Origin: Amphiscolops sp. MND2022
Lineage: Eukaryota
Length of the DNA: 64,000 bases
Direction: 5' to 3'
Assembly (NCBI GenBank): GCA_964187785.1
Contig: OZ076421.1
Location: 19,158,001-19,222,000 of the forward strand
Shown: piece by piece, positions 49,878-63,717 of the stretch
Numbering within the stretch: the first letter of the stretch is position 1
Layout of the letters: every line of letters begins with the position of its first letter
Notes under the pieces: generated by a model
The model's database searches: none
Told to the model about the DNA's origin: nothing
Seen by the model: the letters and a program-made list of their open reading frames with translations, nothing else
Position numbers and translations under genes: made by a program

Positions 49878-51350
49878 TCTCGCCTGGATCTAGAAAACAA
49901 CGTTATCATTAGTTTTAACAAGAATTTTATTTTTGTTCTTCAGAAGAAATTTATTCTTCAATTTTGTGTTTGGATGTATACAATAGTATGAATTCCAGCT
50001 ATTTTACTTCGGTGCCTTTTACATTATTATTTCGATGCCTTTTCTGCTCGATTCTATTGGTATATAATCCTTTTCTTCTCAAGAAGTTATCAAATCTTGA
50101 TTCATTTTATCATTACAAGTACACGAATAGCTGAGTCTTGTGGTGAGAGAAAAATATTTCGAAGGTTATATAATTTTGATGGACCACATTTGTTGACGAG
50201 ATAAACATGTGCAAAAATTGTTCCGTATTTTTTTCCTTCTATAAAATTTGAATACTAAAAAATTATAGAAATATGCAGAAAGTGATGAATTCAGGTGTTT
50301 TAATTTACCTATCTGAAATAAAATATAAAATAATGAAATGCTGAAAGTTTTTGAATTGTTTTCTTTAATAATTCTCATTAAAATTCAACTAAAAATGGAA
50401 TCTGTTGAAGATCGTTTGATTTTGTTTGGTTCTGATTTTTGAGTTGGAATTATTGATCACAATTTTTATTCAAAATTGATGATGAATCAAATTAACAGTA
50501 AAAATTTGTAATACAACAAATATAGGCTGCCGAGTCATGAATTGTAATCCACCGATGAATTTTATGTTCAAATTGAGAATGATTTTCAATTACGTGAAAA
50601 TGTCTATAAAAATATAAAAGTTGAAACCTCGCAAAGATGCAAAGAGTAGAGAAATTGAAAGATCGGTTTCCTTTTTAAAGCGCAACCGTTTTTACTGACG
50701 TCAATTCTTAAATTGATGTTTACCATTTTCGGTTATGTCGATGGAGTGAGTACAATTTCTATGCTTGAACCTTTGCGTCATTTCATTCTCTTGAAAAACT
50801 GAAAGCTATTTGAACTAGAAGAACATAAGGTTTAATTGAATTTTTTTCTGAAGCCTTTCTGGTTTCCTAAATTGGCAGAGCAAGATTCTCAAATTGCCCA
50901 TCCTTTTGCTTCCCGTTTGAATTGCAGTGAGGTTGCTTCATCTTATTAAGATTGCTTGTAAGCTGGCTAACAACGGGAAATATCATTGATTGGTTTTGTA
51001 TAAAAAATTGCGAAAATGATTGCCATAAAAGAACAAAAATTAGAGGAAAAACGTATCATACAAAACCATTAATTTTTTCTCTAATTTTTGTTCTTTTATG
51101 GCAATCATTTTCGTATTTTTTTGATATAGTTGCATAATTGCATAATTTACGGAACAATGAAATATTATCTTGATTATTGTCAGTACTTCGTGCGAAACTA
51201 ATGGTCTGTTCTTTTTCAGATTTTTTTGTTGAATTGAATTATTTCATTACTTCATTTTGTTCATTCGACCGAATCAACTTTTAGTTTTAAATTCTGCACC
51301 CCCAAATTGAAATCACTAAGCATCAAAATCGGCATCCCAGTTTCTTTGGC

Positions 51351-54300
51351 ATGGCAACAATCAGAGAGATCAAGCCTGGCGAAGATGAAGCTACGGTGTT
51401 GGCTGAAATGGACAACCAGTCACACGTCACCACTGATGAAGACTATGACGTCAGCGATGATGAGTATGATGACGAAGACGACGATGACGACTTGGAAGAT
51501 GAGTTTTATGTCCCTTTCAAGCCCCCTGTCACCGTGGGCTCAAATGTCACCCTCAGCTCCGGTCATGTTGGGGGAGGGGGCTCCTCGGGTGGTGGCGGTG
51601 GACTCAGAATCCCTTTTTGTCACGACGACGATGAAAGTGTTGACTCGGAGTGCGGCCATTGTAGTAAGAGTTTTTCATTTTTAAACGGCGCTATGCTGAC
51701 TAAGGCGTTTCGTTTTTCCAATTCGTGAAAGTATCCAAATGGTCCGACGAATGTATCATTCCTCTGAAGTTTGGGAACCCTTCAAAACTTTGGTGAAAAG
51801 TGAATCTTCTGACATCTAATGGAAAACCAAGACGAGAATGTCTGAAGTCGGTGCTCCGCTTAAGGCTCAAAAAGCGTAAAGTCTTTCAATATGCTCAGGG
51901 CGTTTTTGGAAAATCTTACAAATCTGAAAAACAAAGGGAAATGTGAAAAATTTCGAAAAAATGCCGGAAACAAAAATTTTATCCCCGCGCGAGATACGAA
52001 CCTTCGAAATTCAATTTTGTTGCAGCCGAATTAACCCCAGGTAAATCCACAAAGCAGATATTTACGGAACTTGTTTAAAAAACAAGGTAAAGCCGAAATT
52101 TGTGCTAAGTCTTAATCTCTTTACGTGATTGTGTCTCTCGAGAAAAATCTAACGTGTGGTTCTTCTAATTAACTGAGTTGACTGGTCTGAGGTTAATTTG
52201 GTTGTAGAGTATCGTTTTGTCATTTTTCATCCTGTCTTGTGTTAAATTCACCAATCTTGATTTAACAGCCTTATAAGCCCACAATTATGAGATATGGTCG
52301 GAATTTTTTCAGGATTTCCAAAAAGGAGAGAAATGGAACTGAATATTTGGAAGATCAATGCTTTCAATTTGTTTCTTTTTGTATAATCATTTTGCCTTCT
52401 GAAAACATCTGATTACTGAGTCTTGACGCTACGTGGCTGGACAAGAGATCAAAATTTGAAAAACTTGGTTCGTAGAAAAGAAGGTACCGACTCTCTTTTT
52501 TGCCTCATGAAGAGTAACAAGCCGGGAACGGCCCAAGTCGGCGCCGTATCCAAGGCTCAATAATATTCAAGGAAAAGCTCAGCCTGTGAGATTTTCATTT
52601 ATCACACAGTGCGGAAAAATCTCGAAAGGGTTTTCCCTGAACTTGAAAACAGTTTTTTTTCTGCACTGGAAACATCAGAAAAAACTAATTTGCCTTTGAG
52701 AAAAATTTTTTAAAAAGTATTTGGTAAAAATAGTCGCATAATTCCGAAAAACCTGAAAAGACCCTTTAGGCTCATTAAACGTTTTTTACAAACCGACAAC
52801 TTCAAAAAAATTCAAGGGGGTACCCTTTGATAAAACGAGAAAGCAAATGAGACTCGAATTCGGTAACAACAAAATTCAATGCGCATTAAATTTTTATATA
52901 TTCGACAAAAGTGCAGAGGTCTCAAATTTTTATCAGAATTACTATGGTGTTTTTTGTTTTGAAATCAAATAAGGTATATCACTTGAGTGATATAAAATGG
53001 GCTGTGATTCCATTTCGAAACGAAAAATACTGATGCAATTCTGATCAAACCTGAGATTTTTACTTCGCGACTTTTTCGTCAAATAAATACGCAAAGAAAT
53101 ACATCGAGGTGTTTTAAAATGACCACAGAAACAAAATTTTTCCTTTTCATAAAATTCTTCTTTTTTCTTTTCTGCCCAATTTTCAAAGTTAGTGCTGTTG
53201 TTCAATGTTTTCAGAACAAAAACACAAAGATCCGATTCTAAAGACTGCGGTTTTTGTTTCAGTGGGGCGGTTTCAAGATTTTAGGTAGGATGTGGTTTTC
53301 AGTAGAACACTTGACCAACAGTTTTGCAAATATTAATTAGACCTTTTCCCCAGTTTTGGTTTTAGCCCAGGAACCTCAATGCGGACATCCTATACCAATA
53401 CAATTAGCCTTCAGCTATGCGAAGGGCCTCCTTCGATTTGTATTTTTGACTGGTGAAAAGTGTTTTTTGGTTTCAAAAAAATACGCTGAAGTGAAAAATC
53501 TGACTAAAGCAGCGGCATCTTTTTTATAAAAGCATTTGTTACAGAATGTCTGAATTATGTTGCGTAACGATTGCTTTTCAATTGCTTCGAGTGTTCATTT
53601 TGTTGAAACGCAAAATAATCGGTTGATACTGTGCGAGTAATAATTCATTTGAAAAATATATCTATGCAAATCGAATTGGATTTGAAATTCAAAGTGTAAT
53701 GCGAGTATGAATGAAACAATCTTTCCTCGGTGGTAATATTACCCGGTCACAGGTCCGGGAGCTGAAAAGTCAAACAGATACAGTATAAAAAACAGATTGT
53801 ATTTTTGCTACCATAATATAAGTTACAGTTAGGAATTAAAAATTGATACAATGATATATTAACTATTTTTGCATTTGTTGCAAAACGATCTAATCCTTCA
53901 TTTCGTTTCAGCATGTGATAAGCACAAGAAGATTTTGTCGTTTATGGACGCCTGTGTCAAACTGGGTTTCCAGCTTCTCTCGTCAGACTTTGAGAAATCT
54001 TTCAAACCCCTTCAAAACGCTTTCAACTCAAGTCAGAAGTCGACGCCCATAAAACAACTCAACGGCGTGGCCCTCAGTGTGAAACGAGTTTGCAACTACG
54101 CTTTGGAGCAATCGGCCAATGGCTACATAGAAAAGTTCAAGAAGTTCATCCAGAAAGAAATGATGGACTCCGATTTTGAGCACATCGAGTTTTTGATTGA
54201 GATGCATTTCGAAATGAAAGACAATTTTGATTGTTACAGTAAAAATTTCACCCTTTTATTAGCGATTGCGACACAGTTGAAACCGGCGTATGGCGAAGCT

Positions 54301-57300
54301 GTCGGGTTCCGAGTCAGCTCTAAATCTTTCAAGGAGTCCCAGGCAATCGACCGGTTTCTTAAAACCCAGGAAGACATTAGAACTGCTTTAGTTCATTACG
54401 AGGAAGTTTTGAAGGAAATCAAAGAGAAGTTTGAAGAACAGCACCGTAAGTAAAACACACACTAGAAAAATCATTCTTAGCTTAAACGTTCTTCATTCTT
54501 CCGCGAATAACAAATACTGATTCAAATCATAAACGTTTTGTTCTCATAGTTTTTTTTTATTATTTCTGCGATAGCAGGAATAATATTGAAATCTGAATTA
54601 TTGAAATTTTTCAGTTCAATTTTCGTCCGATTCCGAGTACCTGCCTACTGAAAAATTCAGATATTTTGTTCTGTAGTGAGTATAAGCGTGAGATTTAAAT
54701 TTCTCAAGCTGCCGACAACAATTAGTTTCTCGTGCGATGGAACGAGCGAGTGGTAATTATGCATTCGTACGCCGAGTTATTGAGATGAAGCGAACGAGTG
54801 TTAACTATTCGTTCGCCCAGAGCTTCGCCTGCATTCGAATGCGAATGCGAAACTTCGTCTACGCTTAGTAGTTATATTTTCTTTAGTCCAAGAAGAATTA
54901 AAGGCGGTGTAAACTGGTACAGTGAATAATTGTGCGCTATATAAATGATTAAGATGTGCTTCTATTATTGAACATGAAGAAAGCCTAAAAACAGAAATAC
55001 TACTGTGCCACCAGGGGCCTATTTTTGAATGAATTGTTTTTGATCACTGCTTTTGGGTAGTTTTTAGTTTAAATTTGATTGTGATTCCGATCTATCATTT
55101 GATGGTAAAACGATTGACAATGTTTCAGAAACTTCTCTATCGATGCCCCATGTGTCGGAAAACGTTCGTTCTCTCATGAACGGCAGTCTGTGGATTCAAT
55201 TTGACCCTGCTGATTCTAAATTTTCGTCCCATAGCAACGAGTTGGAAAGCAGTTCGGAAAATATTGATTTATCTCCATTTGAATTTGACGTGCAAGATAG
55301 TGGAAATTCAAACACATGTTCGAAGAACTCTTCCAGTGCATCTGTGAGTAAAAGCAAGAAAGCACACACCAAAATTTCTAGCACTGAAACGTCTATCCCG
55401 ACTTCAATTAGTTCTACGAACGAAATTTTGAAATGCGATAAAACTAAAAAGTTGAAGAAAAAAGCGGCGAGGACCAAAGGTGACGGGTCGCCCTTAAATC
55501 CTGTAGCCCATGACGACGCGGCAGGTGATTGCCCGGCATCTGGCGAGATTTTGCCAAAGAAAAAATGCTCGCGTGGAACTTCCAACGGTTCAGGTTGTAC
55601 CAGAGTTTTGACTGTTAAGGAGCGTATTATCAAGTCTGTGTGTCTTACTACTGCTAATTGTGAAAAAGGATTCAAACTCAGAGAACCTTTTGGTCATGAA
55701 AGTTCTACCAAATTGTCAAATGGTGGCAGAAACTGTAGCAATTCCTGGGAACGAAGTCGTGATAGAAGCGAATCATCGTCTTGCAATCGTCATGGATCCA
55801 AGGAAATTGTGGCGAAATCATTGGATCCCAAAGTTGTTCAGCAAAATATCGAAGACAAATTGAAGAGAAATTCGTGTTTGAAAAGAAATTTTGATTGTTG
55901 TTTGAAACGAAACAGTGGCAAAGAAACCACTGAGATTGTTCCTGAAGTTAGCAAAAATAGTAACCAGGCTGAGAATGCACCTAAAACTCAAAAAAGTCAA
56001 AACCAGTCGTCCGTTGAAGAGGCACCAAATGTTAACCCGGTTGTTGAGATGGAGACAAAACCACCTAAAAAACCGCAGCCTCCCCCGGGAAAAATGACAA
56101 CTTACATGATGCGACCCGACGATTATTTGGACGACTCGGACGAAATTGGGATCGAGGATATGTCGGAGTTTATAACTGTGAACAACAAGCGAAATACGGC
56201 AGCGGCTAGGAAAGCAGCAAATGGGAGCAACAAAAATGGAACCAGTGAACAGCAAAATTTGAACGACAATGGGGTAATCGGCTCTAAGAGACATGATAGT
56301 TTACAGAGTGACGATTTTGGGAGCGTTAACGGAGGAAACAATGGAAATGCAAACAAAAACCGAGCTAACAATCGATATGATAAACCCGCGAATGTACCTG
56401 GAAGTGGAGGCTTAATTAACAGCATTGGTAGTAATAACAGCAATATCAATAGTAACAATACCACTACTAGTAATAACGCAACCAATATTATGACTAATGG
56501 GTTTGCGGATTCGAAAACTTTCCCGACTAACAATTTGACGGTTACCCAGAAGATGCAAGCCTTGATGTCGACCGATACCAAACGAAGTGTTTCGATACCT
56601 GGCGATCCTTTTGGAGACAGCGTTAAGAAGGCAAGTGAAGTTATCGAGCAAGATGCCTTCAAATTGGATCCTATCGTCAGCTCGAACAAGTTGGATAGTT
56701 TTTCGGCAGCTTTTTCGTCGGGTGATTCCTTTTTATGCAACGGAACAATCAGCTCAAAGCCCAAGCCCATTTCAAAACCGGTGGCCACTGTTGACCCATG
56801 CAAAAACGATAACCCTTCGGTAGTTACGACCTCAGCTAAAAATGTGGATAAATGGAATTCTGTGAGCTTGTTCACACCGGATACAACTTTGACAAATGGA
56901 CCTTCTTTGGATCAACCGGATGCTCCAATTTACCAAGGATACTCGCCTTTCAATGGATCTGATAGACTGAGACATGTCCAAGATTCCATGGCTAAGTATA
57001 CCAAAGGCGGCAGCAATGGATCCAAACCCGATGATTTTGACATCAGTTCCAAGGAACCTATTACCAGCAAAAGTTCACAAATGGTTTTTTCTGCACCTTT
57101 TCCCAACGGTAGCGTCTATTCGGGATTTTTTTCGAACCCGCCTTTGGGGAGTACAAATCGGAGTTCAGAAAGCGCAGCTTTTTGCTCAATTGCTCCTCCC
57201 GGGTTTGACATTACAAACGACTTGTTTACGAAATATGGGAGCTCAGATTTTCGCAACAGCAAATCGACGGAACTTTCGCCTGAACTTGATGTGAAGTCCA

Positions 57301-57971
57301 ATTTGAATCCCACAGCTTCTGTCTTTAATCCCTCTCTCCCAGCCACTGGAAAGGATTTCTTTCCATCGGCCAACCCACCTGGTGGCGTTCTTTTTAATCG
57401 CAGCAACAGCACCCCTGAGAGCCCTTTTTTGGCATCCGGGAAGTCGGTTGGTGGTACCAGTTCGACTGGGGCTGTAACCGGATCCAGTCTTTTGGCTTCA
57501 ACTTTGGCTTCTAATCTTACGAATGCTGTCAGCAGAAGCACCCGTGTGGAAGACCAATCTCGAATAGCTTCTGCTTCCAAGCTGATACCCACTTCAAGAA
57601 CATCGGTGGCCGGTTTTGTATCTCGGGTGGAACTGCTTCGAATTTACAAGGAACAAATGAACTTGCATCTGCGTGTACTAGCGGCGGATTTATCGGACAG
57701 CAAATCGAAAGTTTTCTTTTTGAACAAGTTGCAAGAGAAGCATGTTAGTGTTTTGGAAGATGTGGAGACGCAAGTACTTCTACAAGAACTGAATTCTAGA
57801 ATTGGAGTTGTAAAGGATCTTTTGGACCACGTGTACCTCAGATACAAACACAACATAACGCTTTTGAATTCGTGTGACGTGTCTTACGACCAGCTGGCTC
57901 GGGTCGAGTTTCACGTTCCGTCTCTAACTTCTAATCTTCAACGTCTTTTTTCAATTAGTTATTTTTCTTAG
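51351..57971 (+). CDS. Three-exon gene, ~1230-aa uncharacterised protein (exons 51351-51663, 53912-54445, 55129-57971)
   Basis: Donors GTAAGA (51664) and GTAAGT (54446); acceptors TTTCAG (53911, 55128); all junctions phase 1 and open. Acidic N-terminus, helical exon 2, long S/N-rich disordered region, PAM2-like SNLNPTASVFNP. Confidence 0.85.
52525..52830. repeat. Interspersed intronic repeat, related copy at ~62095-62330
   Basis: GAACGGCCCAAGTCGGCGCC.TATC.AAGGCTCAA at 52526 and 62096; shared GACCCTTTAG and GGGG.ACCCTTTG blocks. Confidence 0.65.
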
Positions 57972-58936
57972 CAGCAGCAGCCACCTAAACTCAATAACTC
58001 AAAACAACCCGATTCCGTGTTCCTGTCCTCTTCCTTTAATTGGCAGCAGCAGCAACAGCTTTTCCTTCTCTTCCTTCTACTGATCTCAGAGCCAGCCCAA
58101 TTCCATCCTTGTCACCAGTGGCGCACCTCTAACCACAAGCAGCAACCCGCTACCGACTTAACAGCAACCATCCTCGTCGTCCAATGTTTCTCCTCTTTTT
58201 GGAACATTTTTTCTTTTTGCATCATTGTTGTGGGATGTGTTGTTATTTGTGTTTTTGTTGTTATTGTGTCAACCACGAGAACAAATTCCCGAAGTGTGAA
58301 TAAAAGTTTACGTATTTTAAGACATCCACATCGCAAAATACTTCAACCTAGCTTGGGACTTAAAAGTTGTGAAACCAATGGATGCTGCGGTTTAATTTGT
58401 TAATATAAATATACGTAATATCTATTTTGTTTCCCACCATCCTCCTTTTAGATGCAAATTAACTAATTTTCATGTAGTTTGGGCCATTCGGCAGAGAACT
58501 GCAGGGTTTCATCTTTTGTGATTCCCTCTTTCCCCGCTAGATGGCCACCAGCTGTTTGCCTCTGTCTTTCTCACCGCAAGGAGGCTTCAATTTTTGACAC
58601 CGAACTGAAACGGACATACTTTGTTTTTCTTTTCTTCTGCTCGCAATAAAAGGTAGAAATAAAACTTTCCACAAACTCGTTTTCAACTGCAGCAAGGAAG
58701 TTTTGGCTGTTGATCGATGAACACGAATAGTAGCTTAGCAAGTTTTCTTGTCCCATGTTGAAGCTGTTCAAGATTCTTTGCTCTCTAAGTTCAAAAAGCG
58801 ATTGAATTACCAACTCAAGGTTTGTTAGGCTTCATTGCCGCTAAAATTGAACTAGTTTAAAACGTGAATGAACCATGTGCAGTTTCCAGTTAAATGCGTA
58901 ACACTGGTAAGTTCTGATCGTGAATTGCATCCTCAG

Positions 58937-59045
58937 TAGAGGTGTACCGGACAACAAGTCCGGTCCGGTATCCGGCCGGATTTCAGGAAAATGTCCTGTC
59001 CGGTATCCGGCCGGACTTTTTACAATGACCGGCCGGATATCTTAA
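58937..59045. repeat. CCGG-rich cluster (CCGGTATCCGGCCGGA x2), possible hAT-type terminal/subterminal region
   Basis: TAGAGGTGTACCGG start followed by repeated CCGG motifs; no matching second end found. Confidence 0.35.
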
Positions 59046-60578
59046 AATTATAATCTCAAATATTCGGAATATCTAAGTGTAGGTGAATCGAAAAATTGAA
59101 TTTGTGGCTGTGAATCACTAAAATAGTTTTCACCGCTCTGCGGTAAAAGCCTGCTTCGTTTTTCGCAATCCGCATTGCTCAATTCTGAAAACAGCCCTTC
59201 ATCGCTTATAATTTGCGGATAATGTCCGGTCCCATAACGTTTGACATCCATTGTTTCAAAGGTGACCAAGTTCTCATGCAGGCCAATCAAGCTGGAAAAG
59301 TGGCATTTAACATGAAAGATTGTGCAAAAAGCTATAAAATTTTTGAATTTTGCCCCACTGTATGAATTTTCAACTGTATAAAACGTACTAAAAAACGGTT
59401 GCTTGTCAAAATGTAAACTGGAATCTAAGTCAAAATCTCTTGAGATGAAATCTAAATATAATGAGAAAATATTGGTTGAAGGACTCGGCATTCCTCCTTC
59501 CGGGCCGCCCGGTGCCCCTCCAGGTCGGCCTTCATCGAAACCAGCCGGTGGACCAGTCAAAACCGCTTCGCTCGTGCATTTAAAGCAATATGGGTATATG
59601 ACCGTAGCTGCTAATCAGATACCTCTGTTTAGATTTTAACCTGGATTTTAACAAGAGATTTACTTGATACCATAATTCGGGTTGAATTGAAAGTAAACAG
59701 TTACTATCGTATTTTTCCGTTTGAATAGAGAGAAGCAATTCCGCAGCGATCCTCTATACTATACTTCTAGTTGAAAATTGTACTTCTAAAATCATCTTTA
59801 CTTTTAGAAACTTTCCCATGCTTTTATAAACTCGAATGGGAATTAGTGCTTATGGTCTACGGTTTCTACTACTTACGCTACTTTGGTCTACTAGCCGCAG
59901 TTTCGGTTTGGAAATGGAATAGGAATTCTGATCGTTGATAATCAGTGCCTAAAAACAGTTATTAATTTTCGTACCATTTAACCTACTGTCTCAATTAAAA
60001 CCCGATACAGCTGGACGGGTTTTACTCCTGCATGGGCAAGCAAGTCAGTTTTTCCTCAACTGATGGATTTACTTGTGTTTTCAGTCAGCCGAAGTATCCC
60101 TTTTGTATCCGGTTTGCCGCTTTGTCTACTTCGACACCTGTTAAAAATTGAAACTCATAATTTGCTTTTCAATGCCCAGTGCATTCAATTGGCCAAAATT
60201 CATAAATACGCTCAGAAATATACATACCTTCAGCATTTTTTGAATTCGAAAAAATACCGTTGTATTTCTCAGTATTTCCCTTTCGAAACTTGTTTGTGAT
60301 GGAAATGAAAAAAGATCATTGCGCTTCAAAATTTATCTTTAGCGAATTGGAACTTATTTTCTTTTTGATATTCTAGTGTAAATTTGAATGAGTAATTCCG
60401 AATTTCAAGTGTGAGATCTAGCAGTAACAAGCATTGAAAAATTTTCCTTCAATGGAACTTTTCCAAAAATCTTGAGCTTCGAAAACAGGACTTATGTAGT
60501 AAAACGACCGAAAGTCAATTCAGTAGACCATTTTTCAGTAGCTTCAAGCTTTGTTCTTGATTCAAGTTTGTTCTTCAG

Positions 60579-60710
60579 AAGTTTGCAATTCAGTCCGGAG
60601 TGGAGCATCTACATGTACACCCTGGTTTTTGCAAATTACAAGACGGCTCGGATGAAACAGACTTGGAGAATTGCAGCGGCAATGCTGAGCGAAAACAAAT
60701 GAGCCGATCA
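60579..60710 (+). pseudogene. Possible frameshifted LDLa-like exon
   Basis: TCTPWF in one frame and CKLQDGSDETDLENC in another, switching at a T-run; follows a TTCTTCAG acceptor. Confidence 0.3.
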
Positions 60711-61083
60711 TTGATCAAAAACCGTGCAAGGGATTATAATCTTACAGTTTCCAACCTTACTTCTATTAGTCTCAACAGTTGAATTAGTCTCATATACTTG
60801 AATTATTTCACAAACAGGACTATATGCGAACTAACATTGAACAAGATGAAGTTATTCTCTAGTTTTTACTCATTGTTGTATATTTAGCTAGAATCAGTTT
60901 AGCGTGACTACGTAAGACACCGTTGCAAGTTGGCATCTGTAGGTTCAAAGAGTTGGTTGTTCATAACCAAAGTTTTGACGAATTAATTAATTTACATCCT
61001 TGTGACGTTCGGTGATTTACACCACAGAGATTTGCCGTCATTGTTTGAACTTTGTTGCTTTTTCAATCGCATTCAATTCAGCA

Positions 61084-63717
61084 ATGGTTAAAGTCGAGAT
61101 ATTTCTAGTGGCCCTTGTTTTCACACTCGGAATATCTTTTCACACTTGCAAATGCGGCCAAAGTGAGTTGCTTATTCATATTTTTTCGTGGTGTCAATTT
61201 AACAATGAAGAGCAATGGACGATACCATTTTTCATATTTTGTTATTAAACTCTATTAAAAAAATCTTAAGTACCGAACAAAATGGCCCAAATCGGTGTCT
61301 GCTTAAGGCTCGAAAAGAGCAGTTTTGTAAATATGCTCAGGAACATTGAGAAATCTCTCATCAGTCTCACAGTACCGAAAACTAGCGGAAGGAGGCACTC
61401 TTGAGACCCTAAGGACGATACTGAAAACTTCGAAAATCCTAAATGGAGAGAAAAGTTATAAAACCATTCAACTATTTCACTCATTAGATTGAGCTAAAAC
61501 ATCGAAATTAACAGCGAGAACTGGCTACGTTTCAAGAGCTGTCTTTTAAGTGAGAATATTAGGACAAGATACGATTGTTCTTTAGACGATTTCTCGGGAA
61601 ACTAGGGACGTTTCTCACTGAATCAAAAAGTGCATTTAAGTGAATGAGCCCGATGCAATTTGAAGCAATAAAATGGAGAAGTCTGTAAAATGCTGTAAAA
61701 AAAGTTCTTCAACGATTGTCTTTGTTTTGAAAAACAAATAAGCATTTACAAAAAATGTGCAAAAACTCCTTTAATGATTGCCGAAGATACCGTGGTCATT
61801 TTGTGTCAGCTGATCACAGGTGAGCGTAATTTTCATCATACCTCAGACCAGTTGAATTTTCATTTCTAAGGTGGCTGGTATAATGGGCTGAAAAATGTAG
61901 AGGAAGAAAGTTCTTATTCCATAGGCATTGAAGATAGCTTCCACTTGTTTTGATGGCCCCTAAGTTCTTAACTTCAGAAAATATACAGTACATGTTTCGG
62001 GCTACCGTTATATCGGTGACTACACTCTGAAAGCATGTTCACTACAGTGGTTGTGTAAAAACAAGCCCACATGGAAACTGATTTGTCGAAATTGGAACGG
62101 CCCAAGTCGGCGCCATATCTAAGGCTCAAAAATAGCACAAGGACTTCAAAGTGTCAACGTTTTCTCTTCTTCAGTACCCGAGAAACCCAAAAGGTGGACC
62201 GAATTGGCGCGCCAGGGGGGACCCTTTGAGATTTTGCATCAATTCTGTCCCAAATAATCAAAAAAATTGAAGGGTGAAAAAAATCTCACAATGCCGAAAA
62301 AAATCAGAAAAAAGAGACCCTTTAGTCTCGTCCAGTTTTGTATGTTATGCTAAAAAAGGAACAACTCTTATAGTCCAGTTCCCTGGACCAAAAGGTACAA
62401 TTCGGCGCCTTAAAATTTTGTACAACTTTTGGTAGAATTATTTTGGTCAATTCAGGTGCATCGAAAAAAACACTGACGAAAAGCCATGACCATAGTCGAC
62501 TCTTTTCTTGAAAAAGCGCCGACTAAAAATATCAACGTTGTTTATTCAATGTTGTAGAAGGCGCCTTTTACTCGAGAAGTATCAAAATTTCACATTTTTT
62601 TGACACAGCATTGTGTTATGGATTTTTGTTCAGAAGTGTCTGAGGCAGAAAGTATCAATCTAAGACAATGATTGGTTTTCTTATTAGCGTTTATAGTTGT
62701 TCGGTGGATTGTTTATTCCCAGCATGCGAGGCAAAGAGCTGTTTCGCTTAAGAAAATGCTTCTTGTTTCAGACTGCGAGTACTTCAACTGTGGTGACAAA
62801 ATGGGGGACCCTTGTCTTAGGTTTCCATCATGGCGCTGTGACGTCATTCCCGACTGTCCAGACGGAAGTGACGAGCTGAATTGTGACTGTGAGAACTTCC
62901 AATACAAAACGTCCGCTAAGCACTGGGAAATTTTCTGTTCTGAATTATCTTAACAACTTACATTCTAGAAACCATTCAAAGGTTTCACAAGAAACACAAA
63001 AGTTGAAAAAATTGACTTTTTTCACGTTATAACTTATAAGCAGTTCCGTGAAAAAGACTTTCAAACAAAATCTTCATAAAAGAAAATCAGTTAAAAATGA
63101 AACATTTTGGCGCATTAAATTTTTTTAAAAGAAAACTATCTCAATTTTCTTTTCCCTAATTCATGAATAGAATTTTCGGTGCGTAATGGGTACTTTACAA
63201 CTCATTTTTTGAATATCTTAATTGCACGCGTAACATACATTTTTCCTGAGAATGTTAAGAATTTATAGAAAGACTCATGGTGTTACTGGCTGGTATACCG
63301 AAGTTACTAAAGAAGTACAATGAAGTTATAGTTTTGTCCGTTTTCGAGCCCGAAGTCAGAGTTTTGTTGATAATTTGCAGTCAGTTCGACTTACAGCTTT
63401 TTTTCATCACGACCGACTCCAACGCAACGAAAACTGTTAGGTCGGCGGATATTGAAGTTTTTGTCCACATGCTAGTTAGTATAATAGTTAAAGAGTTGGC
63501 TTCCGGAGCAGGAGAACTGTGTTCGAATCTCACCAGTGTCCAATTTTTTGCGCTGACTTTCAGCTGTTTTCGTTAATTTCATCCTAAGGTCTAATGATAA
63601 TTGTCAGATTCAATATCACATTGCAGATGTTTGTTTCAGCATGTCCTTATGGTGTCCTGTGCCATGACAAAAGCTGCATTCCATGGGGTGAAATGTGTCC
63701 TCCAAAAGAAGTCGATG
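61084..63717 (+). CDS. Secreted or membrane LDL-receptor class A domain protein, 5' exons (61084-61162, 62772-62888, 63640-63717); probably continues beyond the window
   Basis: Signal-peptide exon [19 protein letters not shown] with donor GTGAGT; LDLa exon C..FNC...C....[18 protein letters not shown]; third Cys-rich exon [14 protein letters not shown]; all phase-1 junctions. Confidence 0.75.

Noticed and set aside
55196-57856. Minus-strand ORFs of 150-250 aa over the large exon
   Set aside because: Shadow ORFs of the plus-strand CDS.
57972-58403. In-frame open reading after the TAG of the 1230-aa gene (readthrough or extra exon)
   Set aside because: Low-complexity CAG/T-rich sequence typical of a 3' UTR. 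The TTAG could be an acceptor, but I found no convincing upstream donor.
59048-59639. Overlapping 170-aa (-) and 78-aa (+) ORFs with Gly/Pro-rich ends
   Set aside because: Driven by a short GC-rich patch; no recognisable domain or splice support.
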